DNA of 64,000 nucleotides from NCBI RefSeq assembly GCF_036365525.1, contig NC_090379.1, positions 107,122,673 to 107,186,672 of the forward strand, in the 5' to 3' direction. Shown here in pieces: positions 24,865-38,272 of this stretch. Under the pieces are notes generated by a model, which did not search any database, was not told the DNA's origin, and saw nothing but the letters and a program-made list of their open reading frames with translations. Numbering within the stretch: position 1 is the first letter of the stretch; each line of letters opens with the position of its first letter. This DNA comes from Heterodontus francisci (taxonomy: Eukaryota). The translations under genes were made by a program, and so were the position numbers.

Positions 24865-25210
24865 TAGGGTTAGCAATCCTCTCTGTTTAGTCTTTCATCC
24901 CAGGACATACGAGGACAATCTCACAGGCATGTCTGCATCAGGGAAAATAATATTATAGGGACATTTTTATTCTCCTATTTCACTCTGGCCAGACTCACAA
25001 TGGCAAGGCTGCAACTCATCCCTGACACGTGCGTTATGGTAAAACCACACAATGATGGGCCAGTTGCTAAAGTGCAGAGGATTGTGGGTATCATAGGCAC
25101 CATTACTGGAAAACGGTCATCAGGTGGCCAATGGCGAGATGTAAGGGGGCAGTTGGAGGTCATATGATAAATCATCCCGGACTATAGTCCAACCAGAATT
25201 GCTAAGCCTA
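24865..25210. mobile_element. hAT-like MITE
   Basis: 16-bp terminal inverted repeat tagggttagcaatcct / agaattgctaagccta (14 of 16); 8-bp flanks tgtccagc / agtccagt (6 of 8). Confidence 0.66.
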
Positions 25211-26664
25211 AGTCCAGTCCCGCCCCGCCTGGATATCAACAGTTCAGCAGCAAGTTAAAAGCAACAACTGTATGTACCCGAGTAGAGTTTGGACACTTAT
25301 GTGATGAGGGTTGCGATACATCCCCTGTCTGAAATGCCTGCTGGCATTCATCATCTTGACTCACACATGAACCAGACCTTGACCTTAAGTTGTTCCACAG
25401 AGTTGTACCCCTATTCAGAGAATCTAAGCATGACTTTGGTGAGCCTTTTCACAATCTCTGCTTCTTCTAGCTATGTGGGATACTACACTCAACCCCCATA
25501 GCCTCTTGGGAAGTTGACGCACCGATTTCACAAGTGGCAAAATTTTAAGCCCACACAGGCCCAAGACTCTAATCACAAGATCTTATGTCCTGCCAGGCCG
25601 ACTTCGAAAATAATTAGACAGCCGTTCAAGTCCGTCTCACCATGGCTGCTTGGAGTGTCCCAAAATTAACTTCATAGTTTTGCAAAGCATACCTAACGGG
25701 GAAGGCAATGAATGATCATCCCTGAATAGGGTGTATAACAGTGCTTCCCCACATTCGCCATGAACTCTGTCTACATCTTGTGGCAAACAGGAATTGAAAA
25801 TCTGAAGATGCAGATATGTCATGAAAACCCAATTTGGCACAATCAAAACAATGTGCCCAACTGCAAAATGAAATTAATCTGTGTCCCACTTGCCTCAGTT
25901 TTAAGAGCATTGTTGTGAGAGAGAGTAATAAGGAGACTTAACAAGCATTTGGGCAATTAGCAGTTAGCTTAGATTAAGACAAGCACACAGTTATTGCACA
26001 GGAACTTGTACTTTATTTCACTGATTATTTTTAAAAACGCTTTACCCGTGGTGAAAATATGTGGTGTACATTTTTGTTTTAATTAACACAGCTTTCAAAT
26101 AAACCACAGTTATAAAATACTGCCAAATAATCCACTGTCTCGTTACTGTAAATCCTCTATCCTTCCATCCTTTATAGAAAGCTTCTCTCATTTTCTGCTC
26201 CATCTCACTGTCGCGCTTGTCAGTTCTCCAATGACCATCTTCTAATGAGGGATGTTGCGGGATTTGGGGGGGCGGGGGTGCTGGTGGTGGGGAGAGTGGT
26301 GTGGTTTAAGGTGAGAGTTAAGGATGGTCTATTGGGTCAACCTGATAAGCAATTAGAATGTGACTGATCCGCCATGGAAAACTTGGTAACCACATTCCCA
26401 AGCCAGGACAACTGACCAGCCAGTGTGGCACCAAGATGAACAGACTGGTCATTGAGGTTGGTGGGGTGGGGTGGGGTGGGGGGGTGCGGTGCATCAGATA
26501 AACATGTAAGCTAATGCCATTGCGTAGGATGGTCTTGTAGCTGGGAAAGCAGCAGGTAGCCGACCCTTGCCCTCAGCTGGGGATAGTCAGTGGAACCCCA
26601 GCTGTACAACTGGCAAGCTTGGAAAATCCTTGGTCTTGGCTCTTGTCAACTTCTATCTCTGAAT

Positions 26665-26833
26665 CCTGTTTATTCATAAGGGTAAAGATTACTCACTGCG
26701 TAACTGTGCAGAGTCCCTGTTTATTCAGCAAGGTAAGGGTTACTCACTGTAACTGCACATTCCTGTTTGTTCAGCAGGATAAGAGTTACACATTCTGTAA
26801 TTGTACATAATTCCCTGTTTATTCAAAAGGGTA
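26665..26833. repeat. Degenerate tandem repeat of about 46-52 bp, 3 full units plus a partial one
   Basis: cctgtttattca...ggtaa...ttactcactg.aactg recurs four times. Confidence 0.8.
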
Positions 26834-27629
26834 ATGCAAAGGAACAAGCAATAAATACTGGGAAATGCTTCTCCACTTATTAGACATCTAATGAGAAAAA
26901 AACTAAGCACCTGAATGGAGATAATAATTGCCTAATCCGGTGGGGAATATCTACAGATTTTCTTTTCATAGAGTTGTAACTTTCTCCTTCCTTTTATGGG
27001 ATATTAATAAACAGTTTTATGACCACTGATGCAGAAAAAGATCTATAACATGGGTCCTGGTCTCAGTCCAGTGGAAAATTATTTCATCAACATAAGCATG
27101 TATTTCATTAAATGAAGTTCAACCCTGAAGTCACTATTTAACTCACTATAAATCAGATATCATCACAAGGAATTTTTATCGCCCATAAAATGTTGACTCG
27201 AACCAAATGGCCTTGAAAAGGAACTGCAGTTCCATCTCCACTGCAATATTTTAATGCAAACTCAAAAAGACAAAAACACGTTGTGCGAGATAAAATAAGT
27301 GATTTTTGGGTTGACCAATTACAATACGAACCCACTAGCAGAGATTCATTCAATAACTAGACACTTTACCTCAATTGGAGGTCACTTAACACTTAACAGC
27401 TTGAATTACCAAAGTCACAGTATTCTCGGTACACATGGCAAATTGTTCTGCGACTTGCACATCTTTCTGTAACTTGTAATTACAGGCCAGTTAGATTAAT
27501 ATCTGTGGTTTGGAACATTAGATTAATTATTTTCTTTATGTAAGAGTCTTTAATTAAAAATTACCATGCATCTAAATAAAGAGATAATTTCAAAAGGGAC
27601 AATTGAGGATTGATAAGCCTCGGAATTTG

Positions 27630-28470
27630 GATGTTGGCCAACAGGGAATGGTATTGAAATGTTCAGATGATACCAAAATAGGAAGAACAGTTAATTCTTT
27701 AGAAGACCGAAGGAAGTTGCAAAGGGAGGTTGATAAGATGAGGGAAAGGGCCAAAAAGTGGCAAATAGAATTCAATGTTGGTAAATAAGAGGTGATACAG
27801 TTGGCAAAAATAAGCAATAATTATACCCTGAATGGAAGTGAGCCAAGTACTGTGGAAGAGCAAAGGGATTTGGGGATACAGGTTCACAAGACACTAAGAT
27901 AGGACCTCAAATTGATAAAGTCATAAAAACAAGTTAATGGAATTCCAGGTTTTATCACTAGAGGTACAGAACATAAAAAATACTGATAAGTCTATAAAAA
28001 ACCTTATTAAGACCTCAGTAAGAGTAAACAGAAATAGAAATCTAAAGAAAGACCTGAAAGATTGGGGCCTTTTTCATTAGAACAGGCAAACTATAAGTCT
28101 ATATGAAGAAATGTTTAAAATGATAAAAGGACTGAAGAAAGGAAGTAGTAATATAATTGTTTGAAGTGAAGGGCCTAAAACAAGGGGCCATACTGATACA
28201 AGATTAAACATTAAGAGCTTTAGAATAGAGAACAAGAGAAAAATCTTCGATCAATTGTGAGACTGTGGAATTCATTTTCAAGGTTGGCGGCTGCGGCAGA
28301 AACTGCGGCAAAATTCAAGATTAGATAAATGGATAAAGGAAAAGGAGATAAAAGGATAAGGGAACAGGGCAGGTAAATGTGATTAGGATTAAATGCTCCC
28401 AACGAGTGTAAACACCAATATGGACAGGCCCGGGCTAAAGGGAACATTTGCCTGTTGTACCTTCTATGCA
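27630..28470 (+). mobile_element. Old CR1 LINE 3' fragment
   Basis: SDDTKIGRTVNSLEDRRKLQREVDKM..WQIEFNVGK; degenerate CR1 tail near 28420-28470. Confidence 0.8.
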
Positions 28471-28911
28471 TTTCCTTATCGCTGGAATAGAGAAATCCCA
28501 TAATACACCATTAGATTGCCATTTTATCTGCATTGAAACGTTACCGTACTTATACTTTGGCAAGTTCCTTCCCATTCTTTGGATGTAAACTACTCTCTGC
28601 ATACCAATGAATTGGCCCAGTCATCCAACATGGAAAATGTATCATAGAAAATGAGGTATGTCGTGCGTACACAAGATGTGATACATCCAATTTCCACAAT
28701 GCAAAACAGTTAATTTCCCTATTCTTATGGCAAAGCTCACTGATTTGTAGTTTTATCAAAAAATGGACTCAATTGCAGAGAATAGCATTCTGGAAAATTC
28801 TGTAATAAAGGCAAAATTTGATTAATCACCACAAAAATCAAGCGGTCAAATGGCACACTGATGGAATTGCAGAATGCAACACCAAAAACACAGGTAAAAA
28901 TCTGAGAATCT

Positions 28912-29812
28912 TGTTATGGCCAGGTGGTAAGAGGTGTGGGGATTCCCACAGTTCAACTCCCTAGTGATCGCAGCAAGTGTTTTTGTTACTAGGGTTTTTA
29001 CGCCTTTCATGGTTTATTTGGCAAATAAACAGACAGCGATAGATTTTCTTGTAGGTTTAAAACAGCAGATTATACTGATCAATATTCATTCCTGAAATGG
29101 TTGCAACCACACCCACACACACATAATCACTCGCTTATATACACACACAAAAGAAGAGATAGATAGAGAGGAAACGGGGTAAGCGGTTTGAAATGGGGTA
29201 GGTTTTCGGGGTTCACGGTAAACCTGTTGAATCTTCTCGGAAATCAATGTCTCCTTTAAAGTTGCAGGCCTGGGGTGTTTGTGGATTCCTCCGGTAGTTG
29301 AGACTCCAATCTAGAGATGGGGAATCACTTTCAGTCCTCTGCTACACAAGTTGAAGTGCAGAATTCACAGCAGGGCACCTTCTTTGGTTTTGGCTAGATT
29401 TCTCCCAGCTCTTAGCTGGACAAGCTTTCGTGATGTTTGTTCAGGTCTCCTCTTCTCTCTCCAGAGAGCTACATTTTAAGCTAAAATGGTGTCTCTGTTG
29501 GGAGATGTAGATCCCCCTCCCTGTGGTGACCGCCAATGGCCCAGGATGTGGCTACTTCACACCTTCTTTGTTTCAGAAGAACTCATTTAATTCAAAAATG
29601 TCTCGATGGGTTCAGGATGGGTGTAATTAACACCTCTTAGCTTGGAATGTATCCTATTGTCCTTAACCGATGGTAAAAGTTTGAATATTCAGTTTGAGCT
29701 TCAGCGACCATTTTGCATTACACTTCCAGTTTTTAAAGAAAGAATCAATTTTTATAATTCTTCAGTTTGGGTTCTTGTATTTTTAATCACTACACATCTC
29801 ATGAGCGTAACA
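28912..29812 (-). mobile_element. Solo LTR, LTR family 2 (Gypsy-like)
   Basis: TGTTATG...CGTAACA termini; flanks atct/ttct (3 of 4 match as TSD); inverted copy of 6252-7133. Confidence 0.83.
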
Positions 29813-29838
29813 TTCTTGCAATTAAAACTAAATGTGTC

Positions 29839-30278
29839 AGCTGTGGTTCAGTGATCACACTCTCACCTGTGAGTCACAAAGTCTGGAGTTCAAGTCACAC
29901 TCAAGAGACTTGGGCATAGAATCCAGACTGACACTCCAGTGCAGTACTGAAGGAGGGCTACACTGTTAGAGGCGCCGTCTTTTGGAAGAGATCTTAAAAT
30001 TGAGGCCCTGTCTGCCCTCTCAAATGGACGAGAAAGGCCCTATGGTACGAAACAAAGAGGAGCCCTCAGTGTCCTGATCAATATTTATTCCTCAACATAA
30101 CATCTAGGTTATCTGATCATTATCACATTGCTGTTTCTGGGATCTTGCCATGTGCAAATTAACTGCTGTGTTTTCTATATTACAAGAGTGACTACTTCAA
30201 AGTACTTCTTAAAATGCTTTATAGCCAATGAGCCTGAGGTCATGAACGACACTAAATAAATGCAATTTCTTTTCTTTG
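29839..30278 (+). mobile_element. Full-length DeuSINE
   Basis: tggttcagtg A-box-like, gagttcaagt B-box-like, Deu-like domain and ataaatgcaa tail. Confidence 0.85.
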
Positions 30279-31222
30279 AATTTGTATTACCGAGTCCCAG
30301 TAAATTAATGGCCCTACTTCAATGAAGGCAAAAACAAAGAACAGCCAACATAACCAACACTAACAAATAACAATTTGTTTACAACATGGCAGCATTGGGG
30401 AGCATTGGTCTTTAACAGGAAGAGTAAAAATTAACCAGGTGTCCCAGCTGTCTAATGACCCCGTGCTTAAAACTGTCCAAGAGGAGGAGTGGACTTGGCA
30501 ATGACACTCTGTTAAATTTTGGACTCTTACCCAGGATATTTTCCGTGGGGTCAGCGCCAAAGACTGATTCAGTATCTGGGTTAAGTATAGCATGTCCAGG
30601 GTTCAAATAGAAATCTGTCATTGTATTCAGCTTACAGGATATATTACAAGACATGCCACGTGATCACATTGAATAAACACCTTTAGACCTTGTCCAACAG
30701 TACAAATTACTGAGATTTATTAACAGTAAATTGATTAAACAGTAGCAAAAGCAAACAACAGGTTTACAGTAATATACAACTATCCCTGTTCAAAATAGAA
30801 AATAAAACATTTGTGGTGTCGCCTCCACTAAAACCTCCGGTAAAATTGGACCTGAAGCAAAGCTCGGACCGTAAGGATACATAAGAGTTTTGCTCTTAGC
30901 AGAGTGTTCTGCCTCTGCCTCCCCATTCAGTAGTACTGTGGGTTCAGCTGGGTAAACACTACTAAATATAAATCACATCAGGCAAAACCACAAAGAATCA
31001 CATACCTGACTCAAGTCTTCCTTGATTCCCAAGATAAAAGATGATCAAAATGGTATTTGGCAGACAAATACTGCAGATGCCACTTCCAGCTGGGTTCAAA
31101 GACATCTTCCCAGCCAGCCTGTCTTTAACCAACAAAGTTTTCAAGGTGAGCCAGCTTGACGAAGTGCATCGACACCAACGCAAATATGCAGGAGGAAATG
31201 CATTTGAAATAGTATTTTGAAA

Positions 31223-31765
31223 ACAACTTGCATTTATATAACACCTTTAATATAGTAATAACGTCCAAAGGTAGTTCACAATAGCATCATCAAAATCTGA
31301 TGCAGTCACATAAGGAAATATTAGAACAGGTGACCAAAGGCTTGGTCACACAGGTAGAGTTTAAGGAGCGTCTTAAAGGAGGAGAGAGATGTGGAGACAT
31401 GGAGAGATTTAGGGAGAGAATTCCAGAGCTTAGGGCCCAGACAGCTGAAGGCATGGCCGCCAATGATGGAGCGATTAAAATCTGGGATGTGCCAGATTTG
31501 GAGGCGTACAGAGACCTCGAAGGGTTGTGGGGCTGGAGGAGGTTACAGTGATAAGGACGGACGAGGCCACGGAGGGATTTGAAAAACAAGGATGAGAATT
31601 TTAAAATTGAGGTCTTGCCGGACTGGAAGCCAATATCAATGAGCCTAGGGATGATGGGTGAAGAGGAATTGGTGAGAGTTAAGACACAAGTAGCAGAGTT
31701 TTGGATGAGCTCATGTTTAAAGAGGGTACAGGTGCAAGGTGGGCCAGGAAAGCATTGATGTAGAC
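31223..31765 (-). mobile_element. L2 LINE 3' end
   Basis: acaacttgcatttatataacacctttaa tail; matches 16674-17058. Confidence 0.82.
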
Positions 31766-31869
31766 AGCTATGTTGTGTACTCTATTCAGCTTGAGGAAGC
31801 AGCAAGCAAATTAATATGACAGCCAGCTTCCTATATGCAAATATGAAATATAGTGACAAAAAACAACTG

Positions 31870-31990
31870 CAATATTGGAAATCTGAAATCAAGCTAGAAA
31901 ATGCTAGAAGCATTCAACAGGTAGGCAGCATCTGTGGGAAGAACAAACAAGGTAATGATTCGAGTGTGTAAAATCTTCATCACAACTGGA
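31870..31990 (-). mobile_element. Degenerate Penelope-like terminal repeat fragment
   Basis: ggaaatctgaaat...aaaatgctagaa...caggt.ggcagcatctgtgg...cttcatca resembles the reverse complement of 37508-37625. Confidence 0.55.
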
Positions 31991-32124
31991 AGATATTATT
32001 AATGAAAAAGACAGGAGGAGGGGAAGAAAATATAGGAAAAGAAATTGAATGGCCTGTAAAGTGCACGAGTGAAAAACAGGAGATGGTTAAATGGGCGAGT
32101 TCTTCAAGATAATGAAAGGGTTTA

Positions 32125-34005
32125 AGAACATAAGAAGTAGGAGCAGGGGTAAACCATACAGCCTGTTGAGCCTGCTCCACCATTCAATATCAAACGGCTG
32201 ATCTTGGGCTCCAAATCCACATTCCCGCCCGCTCCCCTGTCCCTTAATTCCCTGAGACACCAAAACTCTGTCTACCCCAGCCTTAAATATATTCAACAAT
32301 GGAGCATCCACAACCCTCTGGGGTAGAGAATTTTAAAGATTCACAACACTTTTAGTAAATGTCCTCATCTCAATCCTAAATGATCGGCCCCTTATCCTGA
32401 AACTGTGCCCCCTTGTTCCACATTCCCCACTCAGGGGAATGTGTCTGTATCCACCTTGTCACGCCCCTTCAGAATCTTGAATGTTTCAATGAGATTACCT
32501 CATTCTTCTAAACTCCAGAGAATATAGACCCAATTTACTCAGCCTCTCATCATAAGACAACTCTCATATCCCAGGAACCAATCTAGTGAACCTTCCCTGT
32601 CCTGCCTCCAATGCAAGTATATTCTTCCTTAAATATGGAAACCAAAATTGCACACAGTACTCCAGGTGCAGTCTCACCAAAGCCATGTACAATTATAGCA
32701 AGACTTCTTTATCCCCTTGCAATAAAGGCCAACATTCCATTTACTTTCTTAATTGCTTGCCGTAACTGCATGCTAACTTTGTGTTCCTTGTACGAGTACA
32801 CCCAAGTCTTTTCAAACATCAATATTTACAAGTTTCATGCATTTTTACAAAATATTCTGCTTTTCTATTTTTACTACTAAAGTGAATAACCTCACACTTC
32901 CCCACATTATACTCCATCTGTTACCTTGTTGCCCACTCACTTAACCTATCTATATCTCTTTGCAGCCTCTTTATGTCCTCCTCACAGCTTGCATTTCCAC
33001 CTAGCTTTGTATCGTCAGCAAACCTAGATACACTACTCTCTGTTTGTCTAAGTCATTAATATAGATGGTAAATAACTGAGGCCCCAGCACTGATCCTTGT
33101 GGCACTCCACTAGTCACAGCTTGCCAACTTGAAAATGCCCCATTTATCCCTACTCTCTGCTTCCTGTCCATTAACCAATCCTCTATCCGTGCTAATATAT
33201 CACCCCACAACTCCATGAGCCCTTATCTTGTGTATTAACCTTTTGTGTGGCAACTTATCGAATGTCTTTTGGAGATCCAAGTATACTACACCTACTGATT
33301 TCCCTTTATCTACCCTACTAGGTACATTCTCAAAAAATCTAATAAATTTGTTGAACAGAATTTCCCTTTCATAAAACCTTGCTGACTTGTTCTAATCGTA
33401 CTATGCTTTTCTAAATGCATTGTTAAGACTTCCTTAATAACAGATAACACTTTCTTGATAACTGATGTCAGGCTAACTGGCTTGTAGTTCCAGGTTTCTC
33501 TCTTCCTCCTTTCTTGAATAATGGTGTTACATTTGCTAACTTCCAATCTGCTGGGACCATTACAGAATCTAGGGAATTTTGGAAAATCACAGCTGGCGCA
33601 ACCACTATCTCTGAAGCTATCTCTTTTAGAACCCAAGGATGTAGGCCATCTGGTCCCAGGCATTTTAGTCCTTTCAGTTTCTCCTGTACTTCTTAGCTGC
33701 TGATATTAATTACCTTAATTTCCTCACTCTTAATAGCCCCTAGGTTACCCTCTTTTTCGAGTATGTAACTTGTGTCTTCTACTGTGAAGACAGACACAAA
33801 TATTTGTTCAATGTCTCTGCCATTTCCTCATGCCCCATGATAATTTCTCCTGTTTCTGCTTCTAAGGGACCGACGTTTACTTTAGCTACTCTCTTCCTTT
33901 TTATAAACTTGTAAAAGCTCTTACAATCTGTTTTTATATACCTTGCTCACTAACTCTCATGTTCTATTTTTTCCCTTTTTATCAACTTTTTGGAGGCCCT
34001 TTGCT
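32125..34005 (-). mobile_element. CR1 LINE, 5'-truncated; same family as 9971-15421
   Basis: [32 protein letters not shown]; tail read on + as aagaacataagaagtaggagcagg near 32125. Confidence 0.93.
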
Positions 34006-34929
34006 GGTTTTGAGGGTTGATATAATGAAGATATTTCCACTTGTGGGGAGTCCAAAACCAGGGGCCTTAAATATAAAATAGCCACTAATAAATCCAATAA
34101 GGAGATCTGCAGAAATGTCTTTAACTAGAAAGTGGTTAGAATGGAAACTTGCTACCACAAGGAGTAGTTGAGGTGAATAGAACAGATCATTTAAGGGGAA
34201 ACTAGAGAAATACATGAAGGAGAAAGGAATAAAAGGATACGCTGATTGTATTTCTATGTAACCCTTAGTGTCCATAGCATTGGAACAGGCCATTCAGCCC
34301 AACAGGTCTATTTTTTACATAGGTAAGATGAAGTAGGGAGGGAGGAAGCCGATCAGCTTATTCTTCTGTTCCTTTCTCCCTCATGTACTTATCAGGCTTC
34401 CCCTTAGCTGAAAAAACAGCTGCCCATGATGGGGGAAAGGAAGGGGGGGGGGGGTGATCAAAAGGCCACAGTTGGAGGGACAGAGATACTTGTGGGGGGA
34501 TGCTGGAAAAGATTAAAGAGATAGACAGGAGAAGCCAAGAGAGGATTTAAAGTCTGGGGAACGAAGAGCTAATGTAGGTCAATGAGCACAGGGTAAAGGG
34601 TTAGCAAGACTTGGTACGGGGTAGGAAGCAGGCAGCAGAGTTTTGGATGAGCTTATGTTTATGGAAGGCGAAGGATGGGGCACTAATTGGGAATATCTGT
34701 ATCCGGAGGAAACCAAGGCATGGGTTTGATGAAATGAGGTGGGAGAAGGCTTGTATGGAGCATAAACACCAAGTGTTATAAGCATGAGACAATAGAAACT
34801 TTCACGAGGATACTCAAAGATATCTACTAAATAGTGTTTGTGAATGGCTACAAGGACGGATTAAAGGAAACAAGAACAATGACAAACAGAGTGGGCTCCA
34901 GCAGCGCAGATTAATTGGTGCAGACAGAC

Positions 34930-37643
34930 GTACCCTCCAGATCCTGTTCCCCTTCACTTCCCTCTGACCCCACCCCTTCTGATCTGACCCCTTGCTGTGT
35001 ATTCACTATACCCTCTGACCTCCCCCTCTCTGATGCTGAACGTTCTGTACTCGGCAAAGGTCTCAGTTTTATCCCCTTATGCCCCCACCTCAATGAATTT
35101 CGCGCTCGGCATGACATTGAGCTCTTCTTCCGTCGTCTCCGCCTCCGGGCTCACTTCTTCGACCAGGAGTCCTCCCCCTGACCAGCAGACCCATTCACCC
35201 ACCTCCAGCATTCTCCCTCTACCTAGACCCCTCCCCCTGGCCTCTTACCCGCTCTTGATCTTTTCATTAAAAACTGTTGGTGAGACATTGGTCATCTCAA
35301 TTTCTCTGCCCCCCTCACTCACTCTAACCTGTCCCCCTCTGAACTTGAGGCATTCTGTTTTCTCAGGTCTAACTCCGACATGGTCATCAAACCTGCAGAC
35401 AAGGGTGGTGCTGTTGTTGTATGGCGGACCAACCTCTACCTTGTAGAGGCTCAGTGCCAATTTTCAGACAGTTCTACCTACATCCCCCGAGACCATGACC
35501 CCAACACCAAACATCAAGTGACTGTCCACAGGACTGTCACTGACTTCATCTCCTCTGGAGATCTTCCCTCTACAGCTTCCAACCTCATAGTCCCACAACC
35601 CCCGACAGCCCGCTTTTACCTCCTTCCCAAAATCCACAAACAGGACTGTCCCGGCAGACCCATTGTGTCATCTGCTCCTGCCCCACTGAACTCATTTCTT
35701 CCTACCTTGACTATCTTTTCTCCGCTGGTCCAGTCTCTTCCATCTACATCAGTGACTCTTCTGACGCCCTACGTCATTTTGACAATTTCCAGTTTCCTGG
35801 CCCCAAACGCCTCCTCTTCACTATGGACGCCCAATCTCTCTGCAACTCCATTCCCCACCAGGACGGTTTGAGGGCTCTCCGCTTCTTCCTTGAACAGAGG
35901 CCCAACCAGTCCCCATCCGCCAACACCCTCCTCCGCCTGTCTGAACTTGTTCTCACATTGAACAATTTCTCCTTCAACTCCACTCACTTCCTTCAAGTAA
36001 AAGGTGTTGCTATGGGTACCTGCATGGTTCCTAGTTACGCCTGTCATTCTGTGGGATATATCAAACATTCCTTGTTCCAGTCCTACTCAGGCCCCCCTCC
36101 CCAACTCTTTTTCCAGTACATTGATGACCGTTTCCTGGTCCCGCCCCGAACTGGAAAACTTTATCAACTTTGCTTCTAATTTCCACTCTTCTCTCACCTT
36201 AACATGGTCCATCTCTAGCTCTTCCCTTCCCTTCCTCAACTTCTCTGTCTCCATCTCTGAGGATAGGCTGTCTACTAATATCCATTATAAGCCCACAGAC
36301 TCCCACAGCTCAATTCAACTACACTTCTTCACACCCTACCTCCTGTAAGGACTCCATTCCATTCTCCCAGTTTCTCCGTCTCCGACGCATCTGTTCTGAC
36401 GATGCTACCCTCCATGACAGCGCTTCTGATATGTCTTCCTTTTTCCTCAACCAAGGATTCCCCCCATAGTGGTTGACAGGGCCCTCAACCATGTCTGGCC
36501 CATTTCCCGCACCTCTACCCTCACACCTTCCCCTCCCTCCCAGACAGGGATCCCCTTGTCCTCACTTTCCACCCCATCAGCCTCCATATCCAAAGGATCA
36601 TCCTCCGCCATTTCCGCCACCTCCAGCGTGATGCTACTACCAAATGCATCTTCCCCTCCCTTCCCCTGTCAGCATTCTGAAGGGATCGTTCCCTCTGCAA
36701 CACCCTGGTCCACTCCTCCATTACCACCACCACACGTCCCCTTCCCATGGCACCTTCCCCTGCAATTGCAGGTGGTGCAATACCTGCCCATTTACCTCCT
36801 CTCTCTTCACTATCCCAGGCCCCAAACACTCCTTTCAGGTGAAGCAGCGATTTGCTTGTACTTCTGTCAATGTAGTATACTGTACTCGCTGCTAAAAATG
36901 TGGTCTCCTCTACATTGGGGAGACCAAACGCAGACTGGGTGACCGCTTTGCAGCACACCTCCGCTCAGTTCGAAAGCACGACCCCGAGCTTGCGGTTGCT
37001 TGCCATTTCATCACTCCCCCCTGCTCTCATGCTCACATTTCTGTCCTGGGATTGCTGCAGTGTTCCAGTGAACATCAACCCAAGCTCGAGGAACAGCATC
37101 TCACTTACTGATTAGGCACACTACAGCCTGCCAGACTGATCACTGAGTTCAATAATTTCAGAGCATGATGGGCCCCCCATTTTACTTTTATTTTTAGTTA
37201 TTTTTTTCTTTTTCTTTTTTATATATTTTTTGTGTTTATTTTATCTTAGCTTATTCAGTTTGCCTACCCACTGTTTTTTTTCATGTTTGTACTTACGACT
37301 GTTCAGTATTCAGTCCATTAACACCCTATCTGTACTAATGCTTTGTCTTTCAACACGCCATTAACATATTGTTTGCCTTTGCTCCATGACCTTCTGGTCA
37401 GTTATTGTCTGTGACATTGCCCTATCTACACCTTCTCCTTTGTTATCTCTTGCCCCACCCCCGCTTTACTTGCTTAAAACCTTTCACATTTCTAATATTT
37501 GCCAGTTCTGAAGAAGGGTCACTGATCTGAAACGTTAACTCTGCTTCTCTCTCCACAGATGCTGCCAGACCTGCTGAGTATTTCCAGTATTTCTTGTTTC
37601 TATTTCAGATTTCCAGCATCCGCAGTATTTTGCTTTTATTTTA
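34930..37643 (+). mobile_element. Penelope-like element (Neptune-type): RT + Cys-rich linker + GIY-YIG endonuclease, frameshifted, with 3' terminal repeat
   Basis: LSDAERSVLGKGLSFIP, VIKPADKGGAVVVW, RFYLLPKIHK..PGRPIVS, FLQVKGVAMGT, YIDD, HYKPTD, linker CNCRWCNTCP, then CTSVNVVYC and ctctacattggggagacc (LYIGET); stops and frameshifts throughout. Confidence 0.95.
37504..37540 (+). ncRNA. Minimal type I hammerhead ribozyme motif in the Penelope terminal repeat
   Basis: agtt-CTGAAGA-a-gggtc-act-gatct-GAAACGTT-aact: stem I agtt/aact, intact CUGANGA and GAAA, stem II with G-U pairs, palindromic ACGU in place of stem III. Confidence 0.72.
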
Positions 37644-37944
37644 CTCTCATTTTGTTCATTGTGCGCAGGCAATTTATTTAAGTGCTCAGCCCCTTTAAAT
37701 TTTTTGTCCAGTAACTTGTGCACAGCCTGCATTGGGATTTTTGGTTTGCTGCGCAGCTTGGAGGGAACACTGGTGCAGACTATCCATCAGTATGATGTTC
37801 TGACAGACGGGCCTCGCCCAAAGCCCCAATCATTCTCGGGATTGTTGGCATACCCGTCCTACGCATATGAAATAGATCAACATTACGATTAGAGGCGCAA
37901 CCGAAACATCCCACTTGTCACTCTCAGCTCCCTGAAGCTCACTT

Positions 37945-38272
37945 TTTTTATTCATTCACTGGATGTGGGCACCATTGACAAGGTCAACATTTGTTGCCCA
38001 TCCCCAATTGCCCGAGACGTTGATGGTGAGCCGCCTTCTTGACCACTGCAGTCCATGTAGTGAAAGTACTCTGACAGTGCTGTTAGGTAGGGAGTTCCAG
38101 AATTTCAACCCACTGATGATGAAGGCACAGCAATGTATTTCCAAGTCAAGGTGACGTGCGGCTTGATTGGCACCCCATCTACATCTAGGTGGTTGTGGGT
38201 TTGGGAGTCAACGTGGGAGAAACCTTGGCGAGTTGCTGCTATGCACTGTGTAGATAATACACACTGCAACCA
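37945..38272 (-). mobile_element. CR1-group LINE family B, 3' end
   Basis: Reverse of the family-B tail (attcattc..ggatgtgggc..gcccatccc.aattgccc). Confidence 0.8.

Noticed and set aside
26455-26490. G-run tract with G-quadruplex potential
   Set aside because: Simple (ggggt)n low-complexity sequence with no supporting context
37659-37892. 77-aa ORF after a pyrimidine-rich acceptor-like site
   Set aside because: The pyrimidine tract partly derives from the Penelope tail; no recognisable protein or partner exons
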